A program made the translations under genes and the position numbers. DNA of 17,717 bases. It comes from a virus. Numbering within the stretch: the first letter of the stretch is position 1; each line of letters begins with the position of its first letter. Below, piece by piece: positions 7,677 through 16,016 of this stretch. The notes under the pieces were generated by a model, which was not told the origin of the DNA, did not search any database, and worked only from the letters and a program-made list of their open reading frames with translations. The stretch lies in the UHGV virus genome UHGV-0179344. One strand, written 5' to 3'.

Positions 7677-8443
7677 TTATTTCTTCTTGCGGTCCTGCTC
7701 CTGCTTTTTGGCCCACTCATCGCGCCATGCGTCATCAAGTGCGAATATCGCAGCTTCAAACTCATCGCGATCGAGCTGTATGGGCCGAACAGACAGGTAT
7801 TGCTCAATGTCTCTTATGCCAAGGGGAAGCGGCGATCCCGTCATGCCTGCGTATGCCCTGGATCGGGAAATGATGGCGTATGCGCTTAGTATCTCGCCCG
7901 TTACGCCGTCTATCTCAGGCTCAGGAACGGGAGGCAACTTTAAACGCTCTCTCTTCCAGCGCTCCTTCTCTCCCTGCTCGCCGCCGTACTGGTTCAGCCA
8001 GGCTTGTGCTTCTGTGACTTTTTTACGGTTTCTTTCTTCTGCTCCGCCTTCCCTTCGGCAATCTCTGCTGCCGCTCCGAGGATTTGCCAGTAAAGCTCCG
8101 GGCGCTGCTTAAGAAGGGCCGCCCCTTTCTCTGGCGTATAGTCGATGGCTAATTCTTTACCATCTACCAGCTCGCCTACACCTTCCCAGCCTTTCAGCAG
8201 GTAATGAGCGCAGTTTTCGATAAGCAGGTCGTCAACTGAGTCGATATCGCCTACAGCAGACAGGTTGAAATCTTTCGTGCCGACCTTGTAGGTGGCATCG
8301 AGCTTTTCAATATGGCGACGTACGAGAGCGTTACGGGAGCGGTAGTGATGATTGTCCACACTGCCTACCTTCAGGCGCAGGCCTTCAATAGGCTCAATCC
8401 AGCGCTCACTGTTCAGGTCGATACGGGGTGCGATAATAATCAT
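7677..8443 (-). CDS. Tail assembly chaperone GT-like fusion made by programmed -1 frameshift (about 256 aa)
   Basis: ORF 7677..7937 is in the -1 frame relative to 7994..8443 and stays open upstream across the slippery site; the track start at 7937 is a TTG, so it has no convincing initiation codon of its own. Confidence 0.45.
7994..8443 (-). CDS. Tail assembly chaperone (lambda G-like)
   Basis: 149-aa acidic protein between the major tail and tape measure genes; the slippery heptamer lies 7 codons before its stop and a -1 frame ORF continues downstream. Confidence 0.6.
   Translation of the reverse strand: MIIIAPRIDLNSERWIEPIEGLRLKVGSVDNHHYRSRNALVRRHIEKLDATYKVGTKDFNLSAVGDIDSVDDLLIENCAHYLLKGWEGVGELVDGKELAIDYTPEKGAALLKQRPELYWQILGAAAEIAEGKAEQKKETVKKSQKHKPG
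8019..8025 (-). other. Programmed -1 ribosomal frameshift slippery heptamer A-AAA-AAG
   Basis: Minus-strand GTA AAA AAG in the G frame (plus-strand cttttttac); A AAA AAG is a well-known efficient -1 slip site in enterobacteria. Confidence 0.45.
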
Positions 8444-8458
8444 TGGATCCTCTGCATG

Positions 8459-8493
8459 AAAAAGCCCGACCCACCATGCAGCGCAGGCCGGGA
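8459..8493 (-). terminator. Possible partial terminator or stabilising stem-loop after the major tail protein gene
   Basis: Minus RNA CCCGGCC, 14-nt loop, GGUCGGG, then CUUUUU, between the major tail stop and the G start. The large loop makes it weak. Confidence 0.25.
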
Positions 8494-8501
8494 AAAGTAA
8501 G

Positions 8502-9674
8502 TTAAGGTGCGGTAACGGTGATTGCGGTTGTGGCGGTATAGGTCCGCGCTTTCGCAGTGATGATTGCTGACCCTTCAGCGACGCGGGTAACCTGCGCCGT
8601 CTTCTGGCCGGTTGAGGCGACCGTTGCCACTGCCGGATCTGATGACGACCATTGCACCGTGTCAGTAGCGCCTGTTGGCGTCAGATTTGCAGTCAGCGTT
8701 ACGGTGGAACCTTCTGCGCCAGAAGAGGTTGCCGGAGTGACTGAGATCGCCGTAGATGGCACCGTAACTGCACGAGTGATGGTTGGCGGAACGTCAGCAC
8801 CGGTAATGTTCAGCTCAACCTGTACGATGTCGGTGTTGCCGCCGTCAGGCCAGTCGCCATCAACCTGAACAGACGGCAGATTAAACGTATAGCTACCCTC
8901 ATCGTTTTCGAGGGTGAAGCTAAACGGCATCGTCTCGCCGGTCATGGTTTTACGCCAGGCGTTATAGGCCTCTTTCGACCAGGACAGCGTAATACTGCCA
9001 GACGGCGTGAACGTAGTCGGGATGTTTGCGCCTGCAAACGGGTTGCCCGTCCCGATACAGCGCTGGGTTTGCAGGTTGTTGTCAAACTGGATGTTGAAAG
9101 AATCGACACAGAAGCCGTCGCCGCCATCAATGCCATTCAGGTTGATGTTCGTCACCTGCTTGAACGAGTAACGCATCTCCCCGGCGTTATCGACAGGGTT
9201 GGTGAAGAAGCTCGTGTCTTCCGCGTTACCATCCCATCCAAGCCCAGCAAAGGTGACGGTCGCTTCAATGTCGCCGTCGTTTGGTACTTCAATCTGGAAC
9301 ACGCCAACCTGAGCGCCGCGGGCGATTGATGCGACACCGATATCGTCAGCGTATGACGCTACAGAGAAGGTGATACGCTGATTCCCCATCGTCAGGACGT
9401 TGTTGACCCACTCGGAACCAAAACACGAAGCGAGAAAGTCATCATGCTGCCCCCAACGGAACTTGGTTACCACGTCACCGCCTACATCGGTAGTGCCGGG
9501 GCTGCGGCCTTGCGCCATTCGGGTGCCGCCAATTTCGTCGTTGTCGATCATGTTTTGGGTTGGACCAAGGCCAAATGAACTGCGCTTCAGCAGATTCCAC
9601 GCGCCTGTGGTCGGCGTGATGCCGGGGGTAGTTTCACGGATATACGCCGTGACGTTCTTTGCGCCTGAGCTCAC
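8502..9674 (-). CDS. Major tail (tube) protein with C-terminal Ig-like domain
   Basis: 390 aa; AAGGAGG 6 nt upstream of GTG 9674; the C-terminal ~100 aa is Thr/Ser/Ala/Val-rich beta-type sequence (TVTLTANLTPTGATDTVQWSSSDPAVATVASTGQ) typical of Big_2-like Ig domains on tail tube proteins. Confidence 0.75.
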   Translation of the reverse strand: MSSGAKNVTAYIRETTPGITPTTGAWNLLKRSSFGLGPTQNMIDNDEIGGTRMAQGRSPGTTDVGGDVVTKFRWGQHDDFLASCFGSEWVNNVLTMGNQRITFSVASYADDIGVASIARGAQVGVFQIEVPNDGDIEATVTFAGLGWDGNAEDTSFFTNPVDNAGEMRYSFKQVTNINLNGIDGGDGFCVDSFNIQFDNNLQTQRCIGTGNPFAGANIPTTFTPSGSITLSWSKEAYNAWRKTMTGETMPFSFTLENDEGSYTFNLPSVQVDGDWPDGGNTDIVQVELNITGADVPPTITRAVTVPSTAISVTPATSSGAEGSTVTLTANLTPTGATDTVQWSSSDPAVATVASTGQKTAQVTRVAEGSAIITAKARTYTATTAITVTAP

Positions 9675-9699
9675 TTGAGCCTCCTTAAAGGTAAGCGCC

Positions 9700-10092
9700 C
9701 TATACGGCGCGGTACGGAATTTGAATATTCATTTGTGCCCACCCGTCAGCCTCTCCTGCATCAACAGCGCTTACGGCGAAATAATCTAGCCGACCGTCTG
9801 TTTTGAACTCGAAAAGTTCACGCAGCTTGTCAGCCGTTCTGGTGATGAGCAGAGAGCCCGATCCTGCTGGCACGAAGATTTGGATGATGAGCACTCCAGT
9901 ACGGTGCACTACCGGCCCGTTGCCTATCTCATTAGCTCCAGCAAGGCCGGGAATGTTAGTCAGCCGCGCCCAGATGCTTTTACCAGTAGGGTCATAGGTC
10001 TTGTCGTTGGGGTATCGCACATCACCAGAGGCAATAGCCGTCTGCGCCGTCATGCGTGTGATGACGGCGTTTCTGATTTCTTCGAGGGTCAT
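9700..10092 (-). CDS. Tail terminator / tail completion protein (U-like by position)
   Basis: 130-aa ORF immediately upstream of the major tail gene, coupled to the preceding gene by an ATGA overlap. Confidence 0.45.
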   Translation of the reverse strand: MTLEEIRNAVITRMTAQTAIASGDVRYPNDKTYDPTGKSIWARLTNIPGLAGANEIGNGPVVHRTGVLIIQIFVPAGSGSLLITRTADKLRELFEFKTDGRLDYFAVSAVDAGEADGWAQMNIQIPYRAV

Positions 10093-10472
10093 TTGTAAGC
10101 CTGCGTTACACCGTGGAATGATGTTGCGTAGACGCCAGCGGGTGCCTGTTGGGAGTGGCCGTTCTCTAGCGCTTCGGCGTATGCAAGGTTGTTCTGGATG
10201 TAGATGACTGAGTAGGGCTTACCCTGCGCTATAACAGCACTACCCTGCTGTATAGTCACCGATCCTGATTGATCAATAGTTGAGATCTGGCTGTAATCAG
10301 CGCCCCCTATGCTTACCTGATTGTTAGCGCGAAACCTTCCGGTATCGACTGGAGAGCGCAGCACAATCTCAGTAAGAAGCGCCATTGAGATAATGCGCAA
10401 CTTCTTACCCACCTCTTCCTCTACCATCCCGGCAAACAGAAGCGGGTCGTTATCCCAGGATTTAGCCATCAC
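10089..10472 (-). CDS. Head-tail joining protein, HK97 gp10-like
   Basis: 127 aa containing SPVDTGRFRANN, which resembles the conserved VDTG-R-R motif of the HK97 gp10 family as I recall it; ATGA overlap with the upstream gene. Confidence 0.55.
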   Translation of the reverse strand: MMAKSWDNDPLLFAGMVEEEVGKKLRIISMALLTEIVLRSPVDTGRFRANNQVSIGGADYSQISTIDQSGSVTIQQGSAVIAQGKPYSVIYIQNNLAYAEALENGHSQQAPAGVYATSFHGVTQAYK

Positions 10473-10852
10473 TTTCTCCGCAACTGGAGGCGGTATGTAG
10501 CCCGCGCCGGGTCGGTTGACACGTCCATCACCTGGTACTCCTGCGGCATTCCGGTAACCAGATCGGGCGCAATAATGATGTGGTCCACTGCTGGCTCATC
10601 CATCACCTCGTTAACCAGCGCGGTTAGCTTCAGGTCGCCAGCAAGAATGTTTACGTTGTCGATACGGCTGGTTTTGTATCGGGACAATACGCCGCGCCCG
10701 GTATAGTTCACCGCTGTTTCGCCACCAGTTTCGGTGACAGGATCCCATCCTGACTGGATGACGTAGCGACCGGTGAAGGCGTTAACAGCATCAGCAAGGT
10801 CGGTATCGAACGCCTCGGCAATGTCGGTCTGTAGCTCGTCACGAATGCCCAT
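10469..10852 (-). CDS. Head-tail adaptor / head closure protein
   Basis: Track ORF begins at GTG 10891; the internal ATG at 10852 overlaps the upstream TGA (TGATG) with AGGGTG upstream and is the likelier start (127 aa). Confidence 0.45.
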   Translation of the reverse strand: MGIRDELQTDIAEAFDTDLADAVNAFTGRYVIQSGWDPVTETGGETAVNYTGRGVLSRYKTSRIDNVNILAGDLKLTALVNEVMDEPAVDHIIIAPDLVTGMPQEYQVMDVSTDPARATYRLQLRRK

Positions 10853-11244
10853 CAGCGATACACCCTGAAAGCGAGAGGATTGGAGCGCCACTGCCCCAAT
10901 AGGGATAGCGCGAGTTGAACATCAGCGGGAAGAAGCGATGTCGAGGTCGCCTGTCCCGAAGCATAGGTTTTGGAGACCTTGACGCCGTCAGCATCTACCG
11001 TTTTGCTTGTCAGCGAGCCGGATTCCGTCTGCTGCTTATAGAGCGTGTCTTCAGCGGCAGATTTAGCCAGGTAAGCGCCGGCGGTAATGACATCTGCGGG
11101 GATAGCGTTGAGGTCAACGCCTTGCAGGTTCAGGTTGGTCATGTAGGCGTTAGCCTGAAGTACGGCAAAAGCCTTTTTATCCGGCGTCGTCCATTCGGTG
11201 CCAAGCACCCCGTCAACGTCTTTAACTGTCACGTAGGTTGTCAT
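10852..11244 (-). CDS. Head-tail connector protein (gp6-like)
   Basis: 130-aa ORF, first gene after the capsid/small-ORF block; call is by size and position. Confidence 0.45.
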   Translation of the reverse strand: MTTYVTVKDVDGVLGTEWTTPDKKAFAVLQANAYMTNLNLQGVDLNAIPADVITAGAYLAKSAAEDTLYKQQTESGSLTSKTVDADGVKVSKTYASGQATSTSLLPADVQLALSLLGQWRSNPLAFRVYR

Positions 11245-11258
11245 CTTGACTCCAGAAT

Positions 11259-11280
11259 TAAGGGGCCGAAGCCCCCTTCG
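11259..11280 (-). promoter_or_regulatory. GC-rich stem-loop downstream of the 70-aa ORF
   Basis: Plus-strand aaGGGGC-cgaa-GCCCCtt; on the minus transcript a GGGG/CCCC stem with a UUCG tetraloop followed only by UUAAUU. Confidence 0.3.
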
Positions 11281-11493
11281 TTACTTGGTGGACTTAGTCG
11301 CTTTCTTGGCTTCGGAGTTTTCACCGCCGCCATTGTTCACCGCGCCTTCGTCTTTCGGTTCGCTGCGGACGTGATCAACGCCGCCTGTTTCGCCGACTGT
11401 TTCTGGGCCAACGGTAATATTGCCGTCACTGCCACCGAATCCCCACCTGGCTTTCTGGTTTGGGTCGATATAGTTGTCTTTTGCTACGGCCAT
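11281..11493 (-). CDS. Small Gly-rich hypothetical protein (70 aa)
   Basis: Strong RBS GAGGAGG 5 nt before ATG 11493; Gly/Asn/Glu-rich, Lys-rich C-terminus; flanked on both sides by GC-rich hairpins. Confidence 0.45.
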   Translation of the reverse strand: MAVAKDNYIDPNQKARWGFGGSDGNITVGPETVGETGGVDHVRSEPKDEGAVNNGGGENSEAKKATKSTK

Positions 11494-11510
11494 AATGACC
11501 TCCTCATTAA

Positions 11511-11528
11511 GCCCCGGTTATCCGGGGC
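11511..11528 (-). promoter_or_regulatory. Perfect 7-bp GC stem-loop directly after the major capsid stop
   Basis: GCCCCGG-ttat-CCGGGGC, lacking a long U-tract; could attenuate or stabilise the capsid transcript. Confidence 0.3.
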
Positions 11529-11536
11529 ATGGTTGA

Positions 11537-12550
11537 TTAGGCTGCGACAGTAGAAGTCACAAACGCCAGCGGCACCTGCTTACGGTCGAACTTGCGATCC
11601 CAGTTGGTAGCCAGCGCCAGGTCAGCCCAGTTAGCAGAGACCGGACGGGTAGTGGTCGGCGTTCCGGTAATGGTGGTGCTCAGGAACGAGTAGCCCAGAG
11701 GATGAATCACAAAGTTGCGACGGGTCCACAGCGTTTCAGTGCCGCCACCGTTGCCGCGTGCAGGTTCGCGATCGTACTCAACGTCATCCTCCCCCTGCTC
11801 TTCTGCGTAACCCAGTGCGCCAGGCCCGAAGATAACAGACAGGTATTTCGCCGTTTCGCCAGTGCCGATCACCGGCATGCTGTCGTCAACCACTACGCGC
11901 ATACCCTGGAAGCGACCAAACTCAGGAATCTGGTCAGCCAGCGGGGTGAAGTCGATGAGGTTGAGGATCTGCAGCTCAGTCTGCACGGCAGAGTGCATCG
12001 CAATGACGCTCAGACCGCCAAGTTGACCGGAGTAGTCACCCATCGTAGCTTTGGCGCGGATGATTGCGGCTGCGTTGATAGTGCCACCGGCATCAATGAC
12101 CATGTCGCCGCCATCATTCGCTACGTTGTCATTGTATACGCCGATAGTGGTAGCAATGGCGCGACGCTGCGCCTGACGCTGCCAGTAACTGGTGAGGCGA
12201 GAGGCGACAAACTCCAGCGGATCCTGATTGGTGATATTTTTCACCAGGTTCATCGCGTTCCAGCCTTCGTTCAGGTATGCGGCGCGAGCCTGCATGCTGG
12301 CAGAGGTTACGGACAGCGGAACAGCGATATCGGTGTAGACGTCGTTCGAGTAGTTAGGCTCGATAGACGCGTCCAGATCAACCCACCACGGAATAGTGAA
12401 GGTGTTTGACGGCGACGCCAGCAGAGTGCTCATATCGCTGTTATTGGTCAGGATTCCTGACTCAAAAAATGCGGTGCGCTCTGCGGTATTAACGCGCATG
12501 TAGTCGCGCAGTTCGTCGCGGAATACGACGTCAGAAAGAATGGTTGGCAT
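11537..12550 (-). CDS. Major capsid protein
   Basis: 337 aa, directly after the scaffold gene and before the connector genes; size and composition fit a siphovirus coat protein; followed by a stable hairpin as often seen after highly expressed capsid genes. Confidence 0.75.
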   Translation of the reverse strand: MPTILSDVVFRDELRDYMRVNTAERTAFFESGILTNNSDMSTLLASPSNTFTIPWWVDLDASIEPNYSNDVYTDIAVPLSVTSASMQARAAYLNEGWNAMNLVKNITNQDPLEFVASRLTSYWQRQAQRRAIATTIGVYNDNVANDGGDMVIDAGGTINAAAIIRAKATMGDYSGQLGGLSVIAMHSAVQTELQILNLIDFTPLADQIPEFGRFQGMRVVVDDSMPVIGTGETAKYLSVIFGPGALGYAEEQGEDDVEYDREPARGNGGGTETLWTRRNFVIHPLGYSFLSTTITGTPTTTRPVSANWADLALATNWDRKFDRKQVPLAFVTSTVAA

Positions 12551-12561
12551 TGCTTAAATCC

Positions 12562-13269
12562 TTATTTGGATGCCTCATGCGCCCTCTTAAGGCGCTCATA
12601 TTCGGCAGGGTTATCTTTTCGGAGCTGTACTCGCTCCATACCACGTAATTCCCCGAATGATTTGGTAACCCGGTCACCACTCTTAGGCGCGGCCCCGCCG
12701 CCACCTGCCTGACTGCCGCGCACGAGGGATGCGTAACGCGGTGAGGTTTCGAACTCACGCTGGAGATCGGCTAATGCGCTGACCGTCAGATTCCCTGAAT
12801 CGTCAGTAACGCGCACCTGGCCTTCTGCCACTTTCAGTCGCTTAGCGATGAACTCTTTGAGGATGTCGGCGTTGTCGCCGTCTGCGATCGCTGTAGCAAT
12901 ACGCGTGGCTGCCAGATTGATGTCGCGCTGCTCAATGGACCGGCGAAGCTCTACCAGACTGCTACGCTCGCGTTCAAGCTCAGCCTGAGAGCTTTCGAAA
13001 AGCTGCTGATAGTTTCCTTCTGCGCGGGCACGCTCATCTGCTTCGCGTTGTGCCTGCTCTTCTGCTGCCCGGCGACGCTCCTGCTCGGCCTTCTTCTCGG
13101 CCAGCAATTCGTCACGCTGTCGTTTAAGCCCGGATACGTCTTCCTGCTGCGGCAGACCTTCGATCTGAAGCGTGTAAGTGTCACCTGCGCCGGTTAGCGC
13201 ATAGAGCTTTTGCGTGGCTTCATCGAGCTGAGCGTATTCCTCAGCAGTAAGCTGATACTTAAGTGGCAT
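12562..13269 (-). CDS. Scaffolding protein
   Basis: 235 aa, highly charged with Glu/Arg/Ala/Gln-rich coiled-coil stretches (EKKAEQERRRAAEEQAQREADERARAE); AGGAGA 5 nt upstream of the ATG; immediately precedes the capsid gene. Confidence 0.7.
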   Translation of the reverse strand: MPLKYQLTAEEYAQLDEATQKLYALTGAGDTYTLQIEGLPQQEDVSGLKRQRDELLAEKKAEQERRRAAEEQAQREADERARAEGNYQQLFESSQAELERERSSLVELRRSIEQRDINLAATRIATAIADGDNADILKEFIAKRLKVAEGQVRVTDDSGNLTVSALADLQREFETSPRYASLVRGSQAGGGGAAPKSGDRVTKSFGELRGMERVQLRKDNPAEYERLKRAHEASK

Positions 13270-13318
13270 ACATTCTCCTGAATGGATGTGTGCTGGCCCA
13301 GCCAGCGTTTAGAGATAA

Positions 13319-13495
13319 TTAAGAGCGGTTCTGATTGCTCAGCAATTTCGCTTTCAGCATTTCCAGCACGCCGATAGCTTCAGCGAGACCAATCTCTCCT
13401 TCGTATTCGAGGATGACATTGTCGATGCGCTCAAATAATTCCCCGGCCACCGGGAAGCTCTTCTCTTTGCCAAGGCTGGTTACATTTGAGGTCAT
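13319..13495 (-). CDS. Small acidic hypothetical protein (58 aa), not in the ORF track
   Basis: Hand translation: ATG 13495 to TAA 13319, MTSNVTSLGKEKSFPVAGELFERIDNVILEYEGEIGLAEAIGVLEMLKAKLLSNQNRS. GGAG 5 nt upstream; fills the otherwise empty 228-bp gap between the minor head and scaffold genes. Confidence 0.35.
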   Translation of the reverse strand: MTSNVTSLGKEKSFPVAGELFERIDNVILEYEGEIGLAEAIGVLEMLKAKLLSNQNRS

Positions 13496-13497
13496 AG

Positions 13498-14547
13498 CTA
13501 CTCCAGGCCTGCAAGCTCGAACGCGTGAGGCTCCAATTCTTTGAGTTGGTCGAGGGTGTACTGTTGGCCTGATTCGCCATCAACGAAGCGATCAATGCTC
13601 AGCTCGCCTTTGCTGAATAGTTTGTAACGCGCTGGCCCCAGCACTTCCTTCTGGAAGGATGCAGGCTGCCTTGCCAGCCAGTCACCGTAACTGGTCTTGC
13701 TGCTTACCTGCTCCACACCATCAGGGCCGACAGATGGCCTTGTGCTGCCGGGAATCTCCCGTTGGTACTCATCTTTGAGCACCGGCACTATTGACGATCG
13801 GCACCCCCAGTGAGCTGGCGGCTTAGGCCCATCCAGAGGATAGATCTTACGGTCTCGAGCGCGGCATACCGGCGTAGTACGGCTATCAAGTGTGGATATC
13901 CAGCGATGTCCTTTGAGGATGTCTTCATTCTGCTTTAGCGTCTCCGCCCGTGCAGATGAAGCGACATGGTTGGTCACAGTGCGAACCAATGAACTAACCT
14001 GTTCCTCATGGGACACTCCCAGCGAGGTTAGCCGTCGGATGATTTGCCGCTGAGTCTCGCCAAGCGATGAGCTAATAGCAATTTCACTCAGGATGTCAGC
14101 GGTTTTCTTGCTGCCAAACTGCGAGAGCGCACCGGCAATGTTAATAGCCTGCCTGCGAGAGCCTACAGCAAGCTCCAGCGGGTCAGCTAGTACAGCGGCT
14201 GCTATCATCTCTGCCGATGGCTCAGAGAGCTTTACAGATGCCTTAACGATGCGGCCGAGTAATTTGCTGTTAAAGCTGAGCTCGTACTGTGCAAACTCCC
14301 CGAGATCCAGCCATTGCTGCTCGCTCATCTCGCCATAAATCGCGCTTAGGTCTTTCCTGAGCGTTTCAATCTGGCGCTGATATCGTGCGGTAGCGTACTG
14401 GCTCAAACCATCGTTAGCGGTCTCTTTGGCTCGCTTGATGGCCTTGCGGATAAACTTTGTGGCTTTACCTACAAGGCCTGAACCAAAGCGCTGGACGTAT
14501 ACCTGATGGCGCGTGGCGGCGTCTGTGGTGTAACCGTCTGCGCTCAT
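13498..14547 (-). CDS. Minor head / head morphogenesis protein (Mu gpF, SPP1 gp7 family)
   Basis: 349 aa with GHRWISTLDSRTTPVCRARDRKIYPLDGPKPPAHWGCRSSIVPV, the Cys/His-containing core I recognise from the Phage_Mu_F domain; located right after the portal gene. Confidence 0.75.
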   Translation of the reverse strand: MSADGYTTDAATRHQVYVQRFGSGLVGKATKFIRKAIKRAKETANDGLSQYATARYQRQIETLRKDLSAIYGEMSEQQWLDLGEFAQYELSFNSKLLGRIVKASVKLSEPSAEMIAAAVLADPLELAVGSRRQAINIAGALSQFGSKKTADILSEIAISSSLGETQRQIIRRLTSLGVSHEEQVSSLVRTVTNHVASSARAETLKQNEDILKGHRWISTLDSRTTPVCRARDRKIYPLDGPKPPAHWGCRSSIVPVLKDEYQREIPGSTRPSVGPDGVEQVSSKTSYGDWLARQPASFQKEVLGPARYKLFSKGELSIDRFVDGESGQQYTLDQLKELEPHAFELAGLE

Positions 14548-14549
14548 GG

Positions 14550-16010
14550 TTATTGTTCCTCAACGACTTCGTCATCAACCACAACCTCGTCACCTTCAAC
14601 AGGCGGCTCATTCTCGCGGTCTTCGTCGATGTCATCATCGTTACGGTCAGCCTCAACCCAGCCTGTCTGGCGAAGCTTGGTGCGGACGTCTGCTTTCGCG
14701 ATGATGCCCTGCTGCCATGCCTGGATAAGCGCCAGCACATCCTGAGAGGTAAGCGTTGCGTCGAAGAACTCCTGATTCAGCCAGAATACAGTTCCGCCCT
14801 CGTTCACTGCGCCGGTCATATACAGCTCGGCATCCAGAATCGCCAGTTTCAGCGCCTCGCTCACGTTCCCGGCGATAGTGCCGAGTACGCTGTTGTCGCT
14901 GCTGTAACGAATGCGGGCGGCCTCTGCTGTCTCCTGATTTGATGCCTGCTGCACAATGCGAGCGCCAATCTTCAGCATCTGGTTTTCTTTGTCCAGCATC
15001 AGGGTGCGGGCAAGCTGCCCTTCCTGTGCCTGCAGCATCATTGCGCTGCCATTCTTGCCGAGGCTGTAACCGCGCTTTGAACCTACCTGAATGCCGTTAG
15101 GGTTCCATTTTTCGAACTCGGAATGCTCAATGTCGGTTGTGAAGAACACCGTCGGCTGGCTGCTGATGAAACCTGACTCCTCCACCGTGGCGCTGTTGCC
15201 ATAGTGCAGGATGTTTACCTCAGCCAGGTCTTCCAGTGGTGCCTTGTCGATGCGGGAATCGTTGCTCTCTGCGCCGAAGAAGTGAAACGGGATGTGGTCG
15301 AATGCCTTACCTGTGTAATCGGTAGGCCACACATCCAGAACAGGCTGCTCAGCATTCTCACCTTCACGCCATACACGATGGCGATACTTGCCATTTTCCA
15401 GCGTCAATGCCCGGTACTGATTCTTAACCTCAAACACGAACTCATCTTCGTTTTCGGTGTTATATACCTCAGCCAGCACCACCATTGTCAGCTTGCGAAC
15501 GCCATCAATCACGTCTTCGCGCCAGTTAATAATGCTCAGGGCTTCGTAGATGTGGATATGCGCTTTATCACCCGCCGTCTGCGCTCGTGTTGGACGCAGT
15601 CCTTCAGGCATTTCTTTGGTGGGGTAATCGACAAAGAAGCCGCCGCGCCCGGTGTCGAGGTCTTCACCTACAGCCTCTTTCGACAGCTGCTCCAGACTGG
15701 TGCCGTCGCCGCTGGCATTCTCAATGAGGTATTGCACAGACTCCGGCAAATCGACTTCTGCCGTCTTGCGGAACACCGCTCCAATCAACCCCTGCCGAGT
15801 TCGGCCTGTGATATTCAGGTACATTGCTCGGGCGATCAACGCGTCGTAATCAGCAAGGTTCTGTTTGCTGTCATTAGTCGGATCGGGCATTGGGAGATAG
15901 AGCGTACCCCGCTCCTTCACTGCCTTACTACCAGCCACGCAGTCTTTGACAAGCTGCCATGACTTTTTGGCGTCGGCGTACTCTTTCCTTACGTGTTTGT
16001 AGTTAGCCAT
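14550..16010 (-). CDS. Portal protein
   Basis: 486 aa between terminase and the Mu-F-like gene, with an acidic C-terminal tail (DDDIDEDRENEPPVEGDEVVVDDEVVEEQ). Confidence 0.8.
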   Translation of the reverse strand: MANYKHVRKEYADAKKSWQLVKDCVAGSKAVKERGTLYLPMPDPTNDSKQNLADYDALIARAMYLNITGRTRQGLIGAVFRKTAEVDLPESVQYLIENASGDGTSLEQLSKEAVGEDLDTGRGGFFVDYPTKEMPEGLRPTRAQTAGDKAHIHIYEALSIINWREDVIDGVRKLTMVVLAEVYNTENEDEFVFEVKNQYRALTLENGKYRHRVWREGENAEQPVLDVWPTDYTGKAFDHIPFHFFGAESNDSRIDKAPLEDLAEVNILHYGNSATVEESGFISSQPTVFFTTDIEHSEFEKWNPNGIQVGSKRGYSLGKNGSAMMLQAQEGQLARTLMLDKENQMLKIGARIVQQASNQETAEAARIRYSSDNSVLGTIAGNVSEALKLAILDAELYMTGAVNEGGTVFWLNQEFFDATLTSQDVLALIQAWQQGIIAKADVRTKLRQTGWVEADRNDDDIDEDRENEPPVEGDEVVVDDEVVEEQ

Positions 16011-16016
16011 AGTCGC

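Noticed and set aside
7499-7807. N-terminal 103 codons of the 287-aa track ORF 6944..7807
   Set aside because: Arg/Ser/Pro-rich junk that overlaps the GT extension ORF and the terminator hairpin; the recognisable Rha-type domain begins at the internal ATG 7498, which has an RBS.
7527-8112. Plus-strand ORFs 7527..7889, 7600..8112 and 7667..7873
   Set aside because: Overlap one another and the minus-strand Rha promoter region and GT genes; mutually incompatible and without RBS.
10915-11553. 212-aa plus-strand ORF
   Set aside because: Antisense to the connector, small Gly-rich and capsid genes; low-complexity Arg/Gly/Phe-rich translation typical of a shadow ORF in GC-rich DNA.
11702-12409. 235-aa plus-strand ORF
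   Set aside because: Lies entirely antisense within the major capsid gene; no RBS and no recognisable motif.
12531-13184. Minus-strand ORFs 12531..12758 (75 aa) and 12951..13184 (77 aa)
   Set aside because: Alternative frames inside the scaffold gene and across the capsid start; the scaffold frame is the coherent one.
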